Assembly (NCBI GenBank): GCA_050575255.1
Contig: JBNZDD010013641.1
Coordinates: 1,160,871-1,224,870 of the forward strand
Direction: 5' to 3'
Origin: Harriotta raleighana
Lineage: Eukaryota
DNA: 64,000 bases
In this document: positions 27,770 to 40,185 of the stretch, in pieces
Numbering within the stretch: the first letter of the stretch is position 1
Layout of the letters: each line of letters opens with the position of its first letter
Notes under the pieces: model-generated
The model's database searches: none
What the model saw: the letters and a program-made list of their open reading frames with translations, nothing else
What the model was told of the DNA's origin: nothing
Program-made: the position numbers and the translations under genes

Positions 27770-28067
27770 TTATTAGAATAATAGTAATCCTCGCATTTGA
27801 TATAGCACTCTTCACATCTTCTAGACGTCTCGAAGCGCCTCACAGAGTATACTGTAAAATGAATTGCCTGTATATTTGTGGACAAAACGCAGTAATCAAT
27901 TGTGCACAGCATCAACCACCACAAACAGTCAGATTAAACCGACCAAATAATGATTGATTTTTATTTGGTGTGTGGAGTAAAGAAACTTGCACATGGTTTC
28001 AACATTGCCTGGAATTGAACCCAGATCTCTCGTTTGCAAGGCGAGTGCTCTAGCCACTGAGCTACAC
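27770..28067 (-). mobile_element. tRNA-derived SINE (short subtype)
   Basis: Family motifs. Confidence 0.85.
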
Positions 28068-28727
28068 GACACCATTTCTCTTCCCACTGCTCTTCCTGCT
28101 TGCTACACTAGGAGCTTCAGTCAAATGCTGGAAAAAGAAGGTCCCTTGGAAACCTAATTCCTGCTTTCCATCAATCTCACAGTTTGTCTCCCTTCATTTC
28201 ATTTCCATACATATATTTTTTATTGACTTCTGCGATTCTTTCTTTATTACTTCCCTCCCATCCCCTCCTGCCGTAGTTCACACACTGAGAAGCTCCTCCC
28301 ACCCACTCCAAGCACAATTGCTTCATTGTCTTTCCCTGTCGCCTCTTCCAATAGTTTCCATTCAATTCCCCAGCACTAGAAAGCCGTGCCTAATGCAGTA
28401 TAGCTAGGCTATGGCTAGGGACAGACGAGAGCCCAGCTGCTAATAAATACCACCTACAAATATACAGTCACTACACACTATAGTAATATCCTGTGAAGTG
28501 CTTGGAGATGCTTTTAAAGCCCTTCATGACCTTGCCCCCCCCCTACGTCTGCAATCTCCTAACCCCTCAGCAACCTGTCCACACCCTCCGCTCAGTGGGC
28601 TCCGGCATGCTTCATATGCCCCAACCCACCACCCTACCATTGGCAGGTGAGCCTTCAGCCACTCTGACGTGAAAGATGCTATACAAATATAATGTTGTTG
28701 TTGTTGTTGTTGTTGTTGGAAGCCATG

Positions 28728-29016
28728 ATAATAATAATAATCCTTGCATTTGATATAGTGCTTTTTACATCTTCTAGACATCTCAAGGAACATACTGTAA
28801 AGTGAATTGATTGTATTGTTTGTGGACGAAATGCGGCAGCCGATTGCGCACAGCAGTGTCCCACAAACAGTCATGGATTGAAATGACCAATTGTATTATG
28901 TTTTTTGAGGGATTATTGTTAGGCGTGTGGAGTACGGAAACTTGTCCAAGGTTTCACCCTGCCTGGAATCAAACCCAGGTCTCTTGCTTTGCAAGGCGAG
29001 TGCTCTAAAGACTCCA
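28728..29016 (-). mobile_element. tRNA-derived SINE (short subtype)
   Basis: Family motifs. Confidence 0.85.
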
Positions 29017-29839
29017 CATAAGATAGTGCATTAAATGCAAGGATGATTATTATTATTATTACTATTCACATGCAAACAAAATAAAGTTTGGATGTGTTGC
29101 TAAGTTTTATATGTAGAGATATAACACGTGCTGACTTCCCAACGTAGAAACATCATGTCTTCTAACGCATCAATAACTGAAGCGGCCTTATGATAAACAG
29201 TCTCGATGCACTGCGAGGACCCAGCTTTCTTCCAAGGAGTATCAATGTAAATTCATTAACTGCAGGGAGTGCGGGAAGAAGCAAGCCAAGGTAAGCAGTG
29301 AAAGAAACCCTGGGTTGTTAAGAAGCTACAACAACACAAAGATTACATTCTCTGACAGTTTTCATGCTGTGGCTAATCAAGCTAGTCAAAAGCTAATTTG
29401 TTCCAGAGGTTAACTTGTCCGGGTGTCTAGTCTTCACAGAGGAAGCTGCCTAATATAGTACAGCCAAATTCATTTGTGACATCTTTTCCAACCAATAATT
29501 CTGCAACTGTAACCGGACTGAATGTATTTTCCACAGGTCAGAGTGACATAGAGGCTAAATTAGCTTGTGTTGCTGAGAACAGTTAACCTTTCAACTGCAC
29601 AGTCAGTTGTCAGCAAGAGATGTACAGACACCAAACCTTTCAAAACATGAATACAGCAGGCACTTGAGTGACGTGAGCTGTTGTTGTACAACAGGCTAGT
29701 GTGCGAGATCTGCTCAACTCTGGGTATACTCGGCCTTACTAGATAAATGTACCAATGTCACACGCAGCCTGACTCACAACTGGTGAAACATCACAAGATC
29801 ACGACAGGGTTTGGAAGAAGAAGGTGGTAGAAGGGAAGT

Positions 29840-30052
29840 AGAAATCCAGAGTTCTCTTCCCTCAAAAGGCTGTGGATGCTGGATACATCCACACCTTCAA
29901 AAGTGAGGTTGCTGGATGTTTAGTAGGTCAGGTCAGGGTGTAAAGGGATATGGGAAGAATTGAAAGATTAGTTGAGTTGATCAGCCATGATCTAGTTAAA
30001 TGGCAGAACAGGCTCGAAGGGCTGAATGGCCTCCTCCTGTTCCTATGTTCCT
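29840..30052 (+). mobile_element. CR1 LINE 3' end fragment
   Basis: gatcagccatgatct...aatggcagaacaggctcgaagggctgaatggcctcctcctgttcctatgttcct. Related fragments at ~18500-18730 (-), 20065-20180 (+), 41390-41590 (-) and 53710-53860 (+). Confidence 0.75.
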
Positions 30053-30715
30053 AAGAAGGCCCATCTTACACAAGTCAATAACTTCAGTGTTGCAGTTCCC
30101 GCCACCTATACTGACTGCTATAAATAGCAAACAAGAGACGGCCAGCATATTGTTGCCATTACACCCTGGCACAAGTCCATGGCTTGCTCCTGATCTACTG
30201 TGCCACATGCGAGTGGTTTGGAAATTCAATGGATTAAAATCCTTCCCAACAATGCCCACAGATAAATCCCCACCCAAACCCACCCACCACCCACCCACTC
30301 ACTCACTGTGTGACATGTTAATGAATGAAACCACTTTCTATTCACTCCCGACTGTGTCAGACTCCTATTACACATGTCACACCCGGGCATGTGCAATCCT
30401 GAGTCAGGAATAAAACCTTCCCTTGTTCTCTGTAGCTTTAACGCTCAGTGACCCAATAAAGCCAGTCCCCTGGTGAGTTCCATGTGAACGCAGCAAGTCT
30501 GTGGAAAGTGAAACGATTTGCTGAATGACTAACGCCAAAATAGTTTGAGTTGCAAAGAATTGAAAATTGGGTCCTCTCAATCCGGTTGCTTAGGAATCTT
30601 CCAGCAAGCAGAATGTTCTGCACTGCTTGATCAAGGATTACATTCCCAGATATCCTCGGCCACATCAGGAGAGGGTCTGTAACTGCGGAGGAAATTGGGA
30701 TAATGGGATACTCAC

Positions 30716-30837
30716 TGAGGCAGCTGTGGCCATAATGCACCATGAAATCAGCTCCTAGGGCTCGGGCGGTGTAATCATCCACACAGCACGCGCCATATGT
30801 GACATCGCCCATCACCAAGGTGTCCGCTCCTGTAAAC
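30716..30837 (-). CDS. DPH1: Internal coding exon (122 nt) of diphthamide biosynthesis protein 1; probably equivalent to human exon 4
   Basis: Minus-strand translation (R)[40 protein letters not shown] matches the DPH1 hallmark motifs GDVTYGACC and VHYGHSCL. Acceptor is ...tattacAG|G (cag = 30840-30838) and donor is CTCA|GTGAGT (from 30715). Confidence 0.95.
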
Positions 30838-30844
30838 CTGTAAT

Positions 30845-31767
30845 ACACCAGGAGCAAGAGCTCAATCCACTTTGCTAAACACACATACACACGCTCTCAC
30901 ATATACACACACACACACACACATAGATACCAGGAGCGAAAGCTCAATTCACTTTCCTAAACACATACACACACCACACACACATATACATAAATACATA
31001 CACACACACCAGGAGCAAGAGCTCAATTCATTTTGCTAAAAATACCCGCCCCCCTCCCCACACACACACACACACATGCATAAACATACACACACAACAA
31101 CAAAAACACATTTATTTTTTCACATCGGGAGGACGTCCCAAGGTGCTGAACAGTCAGGTCGGGACCTGAGCAAGAGAGGGGCAGGGTAGGGGGGAGGGGC
31201 AGGAGAGAGTTAGCAAAGGAGGGATAGAATTGGGAGGGCAGCAGAGGGCATGGTCATAGAGGAGGGTCTTGAGACCGGGAGTAAGAGCTCGATTCATTGG
31301 TCTATGCCTTTGTCACCTCTCGGCTGGATTATTCCAATGCCCTCCTCACTGGGCTCCCCTCTGCTGCCATTCACAAAATCCAGGTTATCTGTTCCACCAT
31401 TAGCAGCCTTGCATTCAGCCACTATCCGCCCTGAGGCTCTGGAACTCCCTTCCTCACACCCTTCTCCTTGCCCCCTCTTTTCCTATTTTCAGGTCATGGC
31501 TAAAGGCCCTTCTTTTCGACCGTGCTTTGGGTCACCTTTTTCCTCCCTCCCTGACTTGGTCCAGGGAGCTGTTATTGTGAAGTGCTCTGAGACTCTTTCT
31601 GGCATGGAGGGCGCTATATAAATCCAAGTTGTTTTTGTTAAATAGGAGTGAAGGCTTAATTCACTTTGTTAAACACACACTTATACACGCATGCATGCAC
31701 ACACACACACACACACACATATATGTATACACAACACCAGGGGCGAGAGATCAATTCACTTTGCTAA
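30845..31767. repeat. Degenerate minisatellite: five copies of a ~35-bp unit separated by (CA)n, interrupted by L2 fragments
   Basis: accaggagcaagagctcaatYcactttgctaaa-like units at ~30845, 30929, 31006, 31644 and 31734. Confidence 0.8.
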
Positions 31768-32693
31768 GCAGCCAACATCTCAACAGGGAGTACAAACTGT
31801 TGCGTGAAAGCAAGCTTGTCTCTTACAAATCCCAGGATTATAATAATGATAATAATCCTTACATATGTGTAAGATTAATTTCACGTCAGTTTTTTTTTAA
31901 AAAGTTCATTGTCATCAAGCATGTGAGGCTGGCAGAGCCAATAATATATTGCCCGCCACTAGTGCCCTTGAGCAGGTGTTGCTGGATGACATGATAAGAG
32001 TGTGAAAAATAATAGACATGAGCGACCAGAACTGGATCTAAATAAGAAGTGGCTTATATGGAGAACTACCTGAAAGAGGTTATCTACCAAACAATTTGTA
32101 TGATAATAAAAAATATCCTTTAAATTTGACATAGCACCTTTTCAATGTCAGGAGAATGTCTCAAAGTGCTTCCCGGTATTTATTATAAAGTGAAGTGACT
32201 ATGTATTTAGTAGAAGAATGCAGCAGGAGTCCGGTTCCTGACTGTATTCCAGGGCACCGCTGAATGACAGCACAGCCAGCCTGGCTCATCAGGACCTGGA
32301 AGGGCAGATCAATCTCAGTAGCACTAGCCCAGTTAGCTCCTGTAACCCAAAGCCCTAGCCGGACAAGCATTGCCAGACAGCAATAGCAACGGCAAGCTGT
32401 GCGGTTTTAACTCGTTAAGACTCCAGCAGTTACCCCAAGCCTTTGCTCTCGCCAACCTGCGCTTAATACTTTCCAGACTAAGGTAAGCAGGGGGCATCAC
32501 TCCAGGAAGTGCATTCCATTTCAATAAACATCTCTGGAATTTCCATGTGGAGGTGGGAGCATGGATCCCTCAGTTTGATTTGGTTACTAGTAAGCACGTT
32601 GATGGGTTCTCTGCATGTGTCAGACACCCATCCTACACAAACAAAAATCAAATGCAAAGATTATTCTTCTAGGATTATGAAGCAGATTCCACC

Positions 32694-32869
32694 TGTTATA
32701 TATGTAAGGGCATTTGTGCATGCGCAGTAATCGATGACGTATTAGGCAGATATATTAAACCACTTTGGAATCGTAACTCAGCCAGGCTGCACATGTATTC
32801 TTTAAGTCATGAACAGTAAGGTAATCAATAGTAATCCATCGTATCAATAGCATGTATTGATACACAACA
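32694..32869 (+). repeat. 5' LTR of Gypsy element (176 bp)
   Basis: TGTTATATATG...GATACACAACA; roughly 90% identical by eye to 35548-35751. Confidence 0.93.
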
Positions 32870-32871
32870 TC

Positions 32872-32884
32872 TGGCGATGAGGAT
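32872..32884 (+). promoter_or_regulatory. Primer binding site, tRNA-Ser(GCT)-like
   Basis: TGGCGATGAGGAT lies 2 nt after the 5' LTR. It is one mismatch from TGGCGACGAGGAT, the complement of the vertebrate tRNA-Ser(GCT) 3' end. Confidence 0.75.
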
Positions 32885-32918
32885 AAACTTTCCATACAGA
32901 GGGATATTTTGAGGAAAC

Positions 32919-35434
32919 ATGGCCAAGTTTGGCAAAATAGGGGAGTTTCAAGCCGAGGAGGAGGAATGGTCACTGTACATTAAGCGTGTGGATCATTACT
33001 TCCCTGCAAACAATGTCACAGTGGAGGGTAAGAAACGCTCCATACTGCTTAGTGTTTGTGGAGCGACTACCAACAAGCTGATGTCGAGCTTGTTATCGCT
33101 ACGTAAGACGGGAACTGTCCCACTTTCAGAACTGATTTCTGTTGTGCAAGATCACCAAAATCCCAAGCCATCGGTCATCGTTCAGAAGTACAAGCTGAAC
33201 AGTCGCAATCGTCAAGACGCGTGAGTCAATTGTTGATCATATAGCAGTGTTACGGAAAATGGCCGAACAGTGTGAGTATGGAGACAAGCTCGAGAAAATG
33301 TTGAGCGATCGGTTATTCCGTGGAATATCAGACGACCGGATTCAGCGCAGGTTATGAGCAGAACCAACTTTCGACTACGCAAAAGTACTTCGAATTGCCT
33401 CCGCCCTGGAAATAGCAGATACGAACACGGCCGACCTACGAGGACATGCCAAAAAGGAACATGATGTTACTGTGAACAAAATGTCAGCTCAGAGTGGCAG
33501 TCAAAATGGCCGCAGGCCTTTTCGTGGAACAGGAGTGAAATGTGATCGTTGTGGCCGTACTGCTCACAGAGCCACCAATTGCCCAGCGAAAGAAATGGAT
33601 GTTATCGCTGTGGGAAAACTGGTCACAAGGCCAAAGTCTGCCGTTCGATGCCATCTTATAAACATCAAATTAATTTTCGTGAACAGCGGCAGAAAACAGA
33701 CATACCACATTCAGGGAGAGATTCGCCCTAGCAAAAGCGAAGAAGCCTACAGTCTGTTTACAAGAGTAGTAAAAACACTCCACATTCGTTACCACACTTC
33801 ATGTCCACGGCTGCGACTTGAGGATACAAGTGGACACGGGATCTTCGGTGTCGATCATGAGCGAAAGGTTGTTCCGTTCTACGTGGGGGGCAGACACACC
33901 CCCAATACGCCCCAGCAATGTTACGCTACACACTTACATGGGTCACAGAGTAATGGGTCACCTGAAATTGTCGGTGAGTGCGACGTGGCTGTGAGAAATG
34001 ATGAGACAGGTAAAAAAGTGAGGTATTGCTCATTGTGAAAGAATCAGGTCCTACTTTACTCGGTCGCGATTGGCTACGAGTTATTCAGCTCAACTGGCAG
34101 GAGCTGAATAAAATGACAACTTCCTCAAAGCTGGATAAATTGCTCGCGAAAAATGAGTTCGCACCAGAGTTTGGTAATCTGAAAGGCATGGAAGCCAAAC
34201 TGGATGCGGATGCCACAGCTATTCCGAAATTCGTGAAAGCGCGATCGGTACCGTTTTCTTTGAAGTCAAAGATCGAGAAGGAACTTGAGCGTCTCAAAAA
34301 TGATGGTATCCTTGAACCTGTCCAATGTTCTCGGTGGGCAGCACCCATCGTTCCCGTGGTGAAAAGTGACAGATCTGTCAGTATATGTGATGATTATAAG
34401 GTCACGATAAACCAAACAACAACAACCGATACTTACCCGATACCGCATATCGAAGAGTTGTTCACGTCACTGTCAGGAGGAAAACTGATCTCAAAGCTCA
34501 ACCTCAGCAACGCTTACCAACAACTCGTACTGGACTCCACGACTTGCGAGTATGTGACCATCAACACACATCGGGGGTTGTTTCAGTATAGGCGTTTACC
34601 GTTTGGAGTGATGAACGCACCCGCTGTTTTTCAGAGAACCATGGAGAGCCTTCTCGCAGGTATACCTCACATTGTAGTATATCTCGACGACATTCTGCTC
34701 ACTGGAGATACGCTAGAACATCATCTCGCCACGTTGATGAGTGTTCTTCAGGATGCGGAACTGCGACTAAAAAGGGAAAAATGTGTTTTCCTCGCAAGGA
34801 AGTAGAGTATTTGGGACATAAAGTGAGCACTCAAGGTCTCCAGCCAATCCAGACAAAGCACACGCTCGGAAATACGCCTGTCACTCCACCACAGATTCGT
34901 TTTTGGACTAATCGAGATCGCGTCTTGTCTTGTGTCCACTATTATGTGATGCACAGATGGCCAAAATCGATGGACGATGATGCTATGAAGCCGTATTTCA
35001 ATCGAAAAGCGAACTCAGTGTTTAAGATGGCTGCTTGATGTGGGGAGCACGTAATCATCCTGGAACATGGGCAAGCACAAATGATTGATGAGCTACACCA
35101 AGCACATCCCGGTATTGTGCGCATGAAAGCTGTTGCACATGGCTTAGCATGGTGGCCACACATTGACGTTGACCTGGAGCAAAAAGTCAAATCTTGTGAA
35201 ACGTGTCACAAACACCTACATCTTCCGCCCAAAGTGCCACTACATCCGTGGAAATATTCGAGCACGCCATGGGAGATGGATGGACATGAGGACAACGACA
35301 TTGACCAGGGTGATGCACCGGACGACAATGACCTCAACGAGGACCATCCAAACCAACCTGTAGCGTCCAACCACACCGACACGTCGAGTGAGAGGAAGAC
35401 GTTTCCATCTCGTCAAAATAAAAGACCCCCCTAA
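32919..35434 (+). pseudogene. Disrupted gag-pol of the Gypsy element
   Basis: Gag N-terminus MAKFGKIGEF; two CCHC knuckles (CDRCGRTAHRATNC, CYRCGKTGHKAKVC) in different frames; protease VDTGSSVSIM at ~33831. RT motifs WAAPIVPV, RLPFG and YLDD are in ORF 34026-34805, and the integrase HHCC finger is in 35081-35434. Contains stops and frameshifts; RNase H and the integrase core are absent. Confidence 0.9.
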
Positions 35435-35547
35435 ACGATTGTTAAATTTAAAATTAAGTTCTGGTTTTCTTGAGTGAATGTGACTCACAGTTAACAGTTG
35501 AACTTAGAAGTTCGGCTATGTTATGTCGGAACTCGGGGGGGGAGGTA

Positions 35548-35751
35548 TGTTATATATGTAACGGCATCTGCGCATGCGCAGATGTCGATGACGTAGGAGC
35601 GCAGATATCGATGACGTATTAGGCAGATGTATTAAACCACTTTCGAATCGTAACATAACCAGGCTGCACGTGTATTCTTTAAGTCATGATCAGTAAGGTA
35701 ATTGATTGTGATCCATCGTATCAATAGAATGTTACCTATTGATACACAACA
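35548..35751 (+). repeat. 3' LTR of Gypsy element (204 bp)
   Basis: Follows the polypurine tract. Has an internal ~23-bp duplication (gcgcagatRtcgatgacgta) and a 5-bp insertion relative to the 5' LTR. Confidence 0.93.
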
Positions 35752-37892
35752 CCACCTGAACGTTTTATAATGGGGTAACCCTGTAGTAATGGCAATAAAA
35801 TCTTTACATCAGATACAAACAACAAACAGCAAGACATAAAGAGGATAGATGTGCGTGTGAAATCCAGAAGAAGCAGCAACAACAAGCCAGTCAAGGTTAA
35901 ACGCATGTTTTACTGTAAAATACCTCAAGAGTTATTGTGGTTATTTTTGACTACCGAATTGTATGTGGCTCGAATTTTGCAAAAGCCCTTCTCTGCATGT
36001 CTCTGCAAGCAGTTGTCTGGATTAACTGGTCCCTGGGTAAACTCAGCTACAGGAGATCCATATGCATTAGTTTATCCAGAGAGCTGGCAGCAGAGATGTG
36101 TTGGATGGTGTCCCGAGAGCCTCAGACACTGCCGTTACAGCCACAGAACGCTTTGTGCTTTGTGGGGTTTGAGCGAATCATTTAAATGCCGACAAGGACA
36201 AGGCTGGTCTCACATCCACATGCAGTGGGTTTCCTCAGGCGACCCATCAGAAAGGTTAAAGGATTATTTGCCGCTATCAATCTATACTGGGAGGGAGTGG
36301 AGATGAGGGGTTTTGGGGAAGGAAGATAAGAGACGAGGAAATTACGCCTGTAGTTACAGCTCATTTGTTGAGCGTCTACACATGGATGAAGTGCCCACTT
36401 GACTAACTAAGGTGATCACCTAACAAGGTTCTTAAGAGCTTTTGACATTTAAATGTTGCCCACGTCATCAGGAACAAGACTGCGCTCACTTCCACCTGGA
36501 CCGAACCTCTCACCCTACTTCATAGCAGGTGTGTGATGAGGCAAGGTGAAACGAGCCAAGCGAAGGAGAGGAGGAGGTAACACAGTCGAAGAGGTGGGTT
36601 TCAAGACCAGACTTGAAGATGAGGGGACCCTGGACAACAACAACTATAACAACTTGCTTTTGTACAAAATTACATTTACATAGCAACAACAACACCTTGC
36701 ATGTATATCACACTTATCCAGAGAGCCAGGCGATGTCTCAGAGGGCTTACCATCAAAGATACCATCTGCAGAATAGAACACGTGCCTATTTCGGACTTCA
36801 CCCACAATATACAGTCCGTTAATTTCACAGAATATCATGTGAAGCGGTTTGAGATGTGAAAAGGTCCTATATCAAATGCAACCATTATTATTGGGGTTAT
36901 GATTATTATATAACCAACAAATTGAAAACTTGCATTTATAATTTAACGTCTCTCATGAAACCAAAAAAGTCTCAAACTCAGTGTCACCATCAAACCCTCA
37001 CAAACACGCTCTGAGTCACTTGTTTACATCGCTTACCGTGACCATAACGATGGCTGAGACAGAGCGGGCAGGTTGTTCTAAGTTGCCACAAGCTGACATT
37101 GGTGATCAACAAACCTATCAAAAGTCTCGTTGGTAAAAGGCAATCTATTACTGAACCGAGGTAAGGATAAGTCACCGAAGGACAGAAAATAGCCCAGGTT
37201 ATGATCAGAGGAACACATTTCTGAGTCCATACGACCGGCGGCAGTAAATTGAAATGCTGTGGTCCAAGAGTGTTGTCAGGAGAGGAGGTACGGTTATATT
37301 CCCTGCTCACTGAGGGTCTCAAGATGCTTTTAACCCCACACTGCCCGCGGGAAAGCCCACATACGGTTGGAGATGTTTGTGGTCACAGTCAGACCACGGA
37401 CAGCAGGCCTGGAAATTGGATGGAAACGCTTCAATGTCTAGATATGCGTCGTCAGATGCTGAGGACGAAGTATTCCCAGGTGTTCCTCCCCCCACCCCTC
37501 CCCACTCCTCAATCCGTTCCGTTTGACTGACCTGCTGCCTTATATCGCTACAGAACATTGATTAGTGTGCCTTGTTGCAATCTCTAAAACAAACCAGCTT
37601 GACCTTCAGTTCAGTGCATTTACCAAACCCTACGCTCTGCATTTTGCCAGCTAAATACACAAGAGTACAAACAGCATTCGCCGGGTTTGGTGTGAGTGCC
37701 GGTGTCTGCAAGAGCAGTGAGACTGTAATTATCCATCTGCCTGAAGGAACTTTCAACTGTTATCACATTAATGCCGAAATGAAGCAAAGCTACTTAAATG
37801 CTAACATTTCTGCTTCACAAGTGTCTCAAAGCAATGTGAGACTGGAAGGACAGAATGGAAAGAAACCAACGCAAGCAATAATAATAATACAG

Positions 37893-38203
37893 TAATAATA
37901 ATCCTTGCATTTGATATAGCACTTTTCACATCTTATCAATGTCTCAAAGTGCTTCACAGAATATACTGTAAAGTGGATTAACTGAATATTTGTGGATAAA
38001 ACGCTGTGCAAAGCAGTGTCCCTCAAACAGTTGTGAATGGAAAATGATCAACTTTTATTATTGAGATTTTTTGGGGGACGGATTATTATTAGGCGTGTGG
38101 AGGAAGGAAACTTGCCTAAGGTTTCACCCTGATCTGCCTGGATTCAAACACAGGTTTCACGCTGGTAAAGCAAGTGCTCTAACCACTGAGCTACAGGAGC
38201 TCC
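37893..38203 (-). mobile_element. tRNA-derived SINE (short subtype)
   Basis: Family motifs. Confidence 0.85.
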
Positions 38204-38907
38204 AATATAGCTTTTCTGGTGGCTGAGAGGGATTAATAATTATCCTGTCCAGTCCTCTTGGGACGTCCTCCTGACGTGAAAGGCGCTCTATAAGTGTAAT
38301 TTTGTTGTTGTTGTCTTGTGTATTGGATTTGACATTTTCATGTTTAGTGCAGTTTGAAATCACTGCTGTCATCTAGGCTGGGTATGGAGCAATGTGGAAC
38401 TAGGAGCCTTGAGTTGTAGACTGAAGGGGGTCCCTGCCTTCTACATAAATCATTCTTTCCATATACAAAAGCAAGTGGTGATATTTCATTGATCAATGGT
38501 GACCTCATCCAACACCCATACACCCCACTGGCTGTCTCCAGAACTGATGCTGGCTATCTGACTATCCACAGAAAGATGCCACTTGGACGACTGACCAGAA
38601 GAAGAAAAACAAACACTCAAAGGCTCCGACTGCAAAAATCCACCCCAAACCTGCTCAACATTGCCACGCAGCACACAGAGCTGGGAGGGACTCTGACGTC
38701 TGGTGGTGGATTTTCCATTCCAAGAACATTGGAGAGAGAGCACCTAATGGTGAGGGCATCATCAATGGCCTCATTATATACAGTACTTGGTGAATCCAGG
38801 TACTTCACACTTCATAGTTGTTCACACTGACAGCTCTGGGTGTGAGAGGGCTGTGAATTCCCTTCAGATCTTCAGCTCAGTGCAACACACCGAGGGGTAG
38901 GGGAATG

Positions 38908-38909
<2 letters not shown>

Positions 38910-38941
<32 letters not shown>
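38910..38941. repeat. Poly-G tract (~31 nt)
   Basis: Direct observation. Confidence 0.85.
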
Positions 38942-38944
<3 letters not shown>

Positions 38945-40032
38945 GCCTGCCAGCATCAGAGATGACGATCTTCACATAAGTTATTGAGCTAAGGTCCTAT
39001 CTGCTGATTTCAAACTTCAAACTTGAAGATCCAATTTGAAAAACATTTGTCACAGCCACCAATACTCCAGATTGCCTATTTACCCATTGCTTGGTTGTGG
39101 GACTTCTGCTGTTGCATTTATCAAGATTTCTACACTTGGCAAGTAATTGCTGAGATGCATTTTCAGATATTCCCACATTATACAGTAATAATAATCCTTG
39201 CATTCGATATAGTGTTCCTTTTGCCTTCAAAATATACAGTCGATTCACTTTACAGTATATTCTGCGAAGCGCTTTGAGTCGTCTCGAAGACTTGATAAGG
39301 AGCTGTATCAAATGCAAGGATTATTATTATTATCAGGTTTTCTAGATGCCTCAAAGTTTCACAGAACTTACTGTAAAATGAATCGAACATATGGGCATTA
39401 TATACTTCTTATGCACACGGTGAGAACCCCAACCATTGGCTTTTACCAGCCTCTGCCTAATGCTCTGGAATTAGCTACAGACTGTGGAGAGGGAGTTCAT
39501 TCCATTCCAGACCAAGGGACATCCTCCCGACATGAAAGATCTTATACTGTACAATGTAATTTTGTTGTTGTAGATGGGACACACACACAATAATAATAAT
39601 CTGTCCAAAAAAACCCCCACAATAATAAAATAAAATTGGTCATTTCAATCCACGACTGTTTGTGGGGACACTGCTTTGCGTAATTGGCTGTCGCGATTCG
39701 CCCACAAATATGCAGTCAATTCACTTTATGGTATATTCTGTGACGTGCTTTGAAATGTCGATAAGATGTGAAAAGAGTTATATCTAAAAGGATTATTATT
39801 ATTGTTATTACGGAGCTGTCAGTTTGCTTTGGGTACTTTGCAGCATGGTGATGGGTTTCCATGTGTGGCAGACACACAACTGGCAAAAAAAAATCCAGGC
39901 TCTTCTACCCGATCAGTGAAATAAGTATTTCTCAATGATATGTTCATGTACTAATCGGCAGCGGAACAAGAGGGAGAAAAATACAATTCATTAGAATGGC
40001 TATATAATCCTCTACTCTATATTGTTATTATT

Positions 40033-40185
40033 TTGGCAGCATCTTTGGAGAGGAAAGTGAGTCAATGTCAGATGAAAGAGTTCATCGACCTAAAACGTTA
40101 ACACACTTTCCTCTCTCCACAGATGCCGCGTATTCTCAGCGACTCATTTCAGATTTCAAGCTTCTGCAGTATTTTGCCTTTTATT
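40033..40185 (+). mobile_element. Penelope-like pLTR remnant (inverted arm plus degenerate hammerhead-like core)
   Basis: ggcagcatctttggagaggaaagtgagt is inverted relative to acactttcctctctccacagatgcc. Core CAGATGA...gacct-AAAAC-GTT-AAC at 40069-40102. Homologous to 40811-40915 and 48325-48498. Confidence 0.6.

Larger units (their letters stand above)
32694..35751 (+). mobile_element. Ty3/Gypsy LTR retrotransposon, internally deleted and frameshifted
   Basis: LTRs are TG...CA at 32694-32869 and 35548-35751, with 5-bp TSD CCACC (32689-32693 / 35752-35756), PBS 32872-32884 and PPT 35535-35545. Gag, PR, RT and IN remnants are in Gypsy order. Confidence 0.95.

Noticed and set aside
30438-30890. 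150-aa ORF as a complete gene
   Set aside because: Only 30716-30837 resembles DPH1; the rest is intronic read-through beyond canonical splice sites.
38890-38941. G-quadruplex or poly-G as a functional element
   Set aside because: Homopolymer length is unreliable and such tracts are common; no supporting context.
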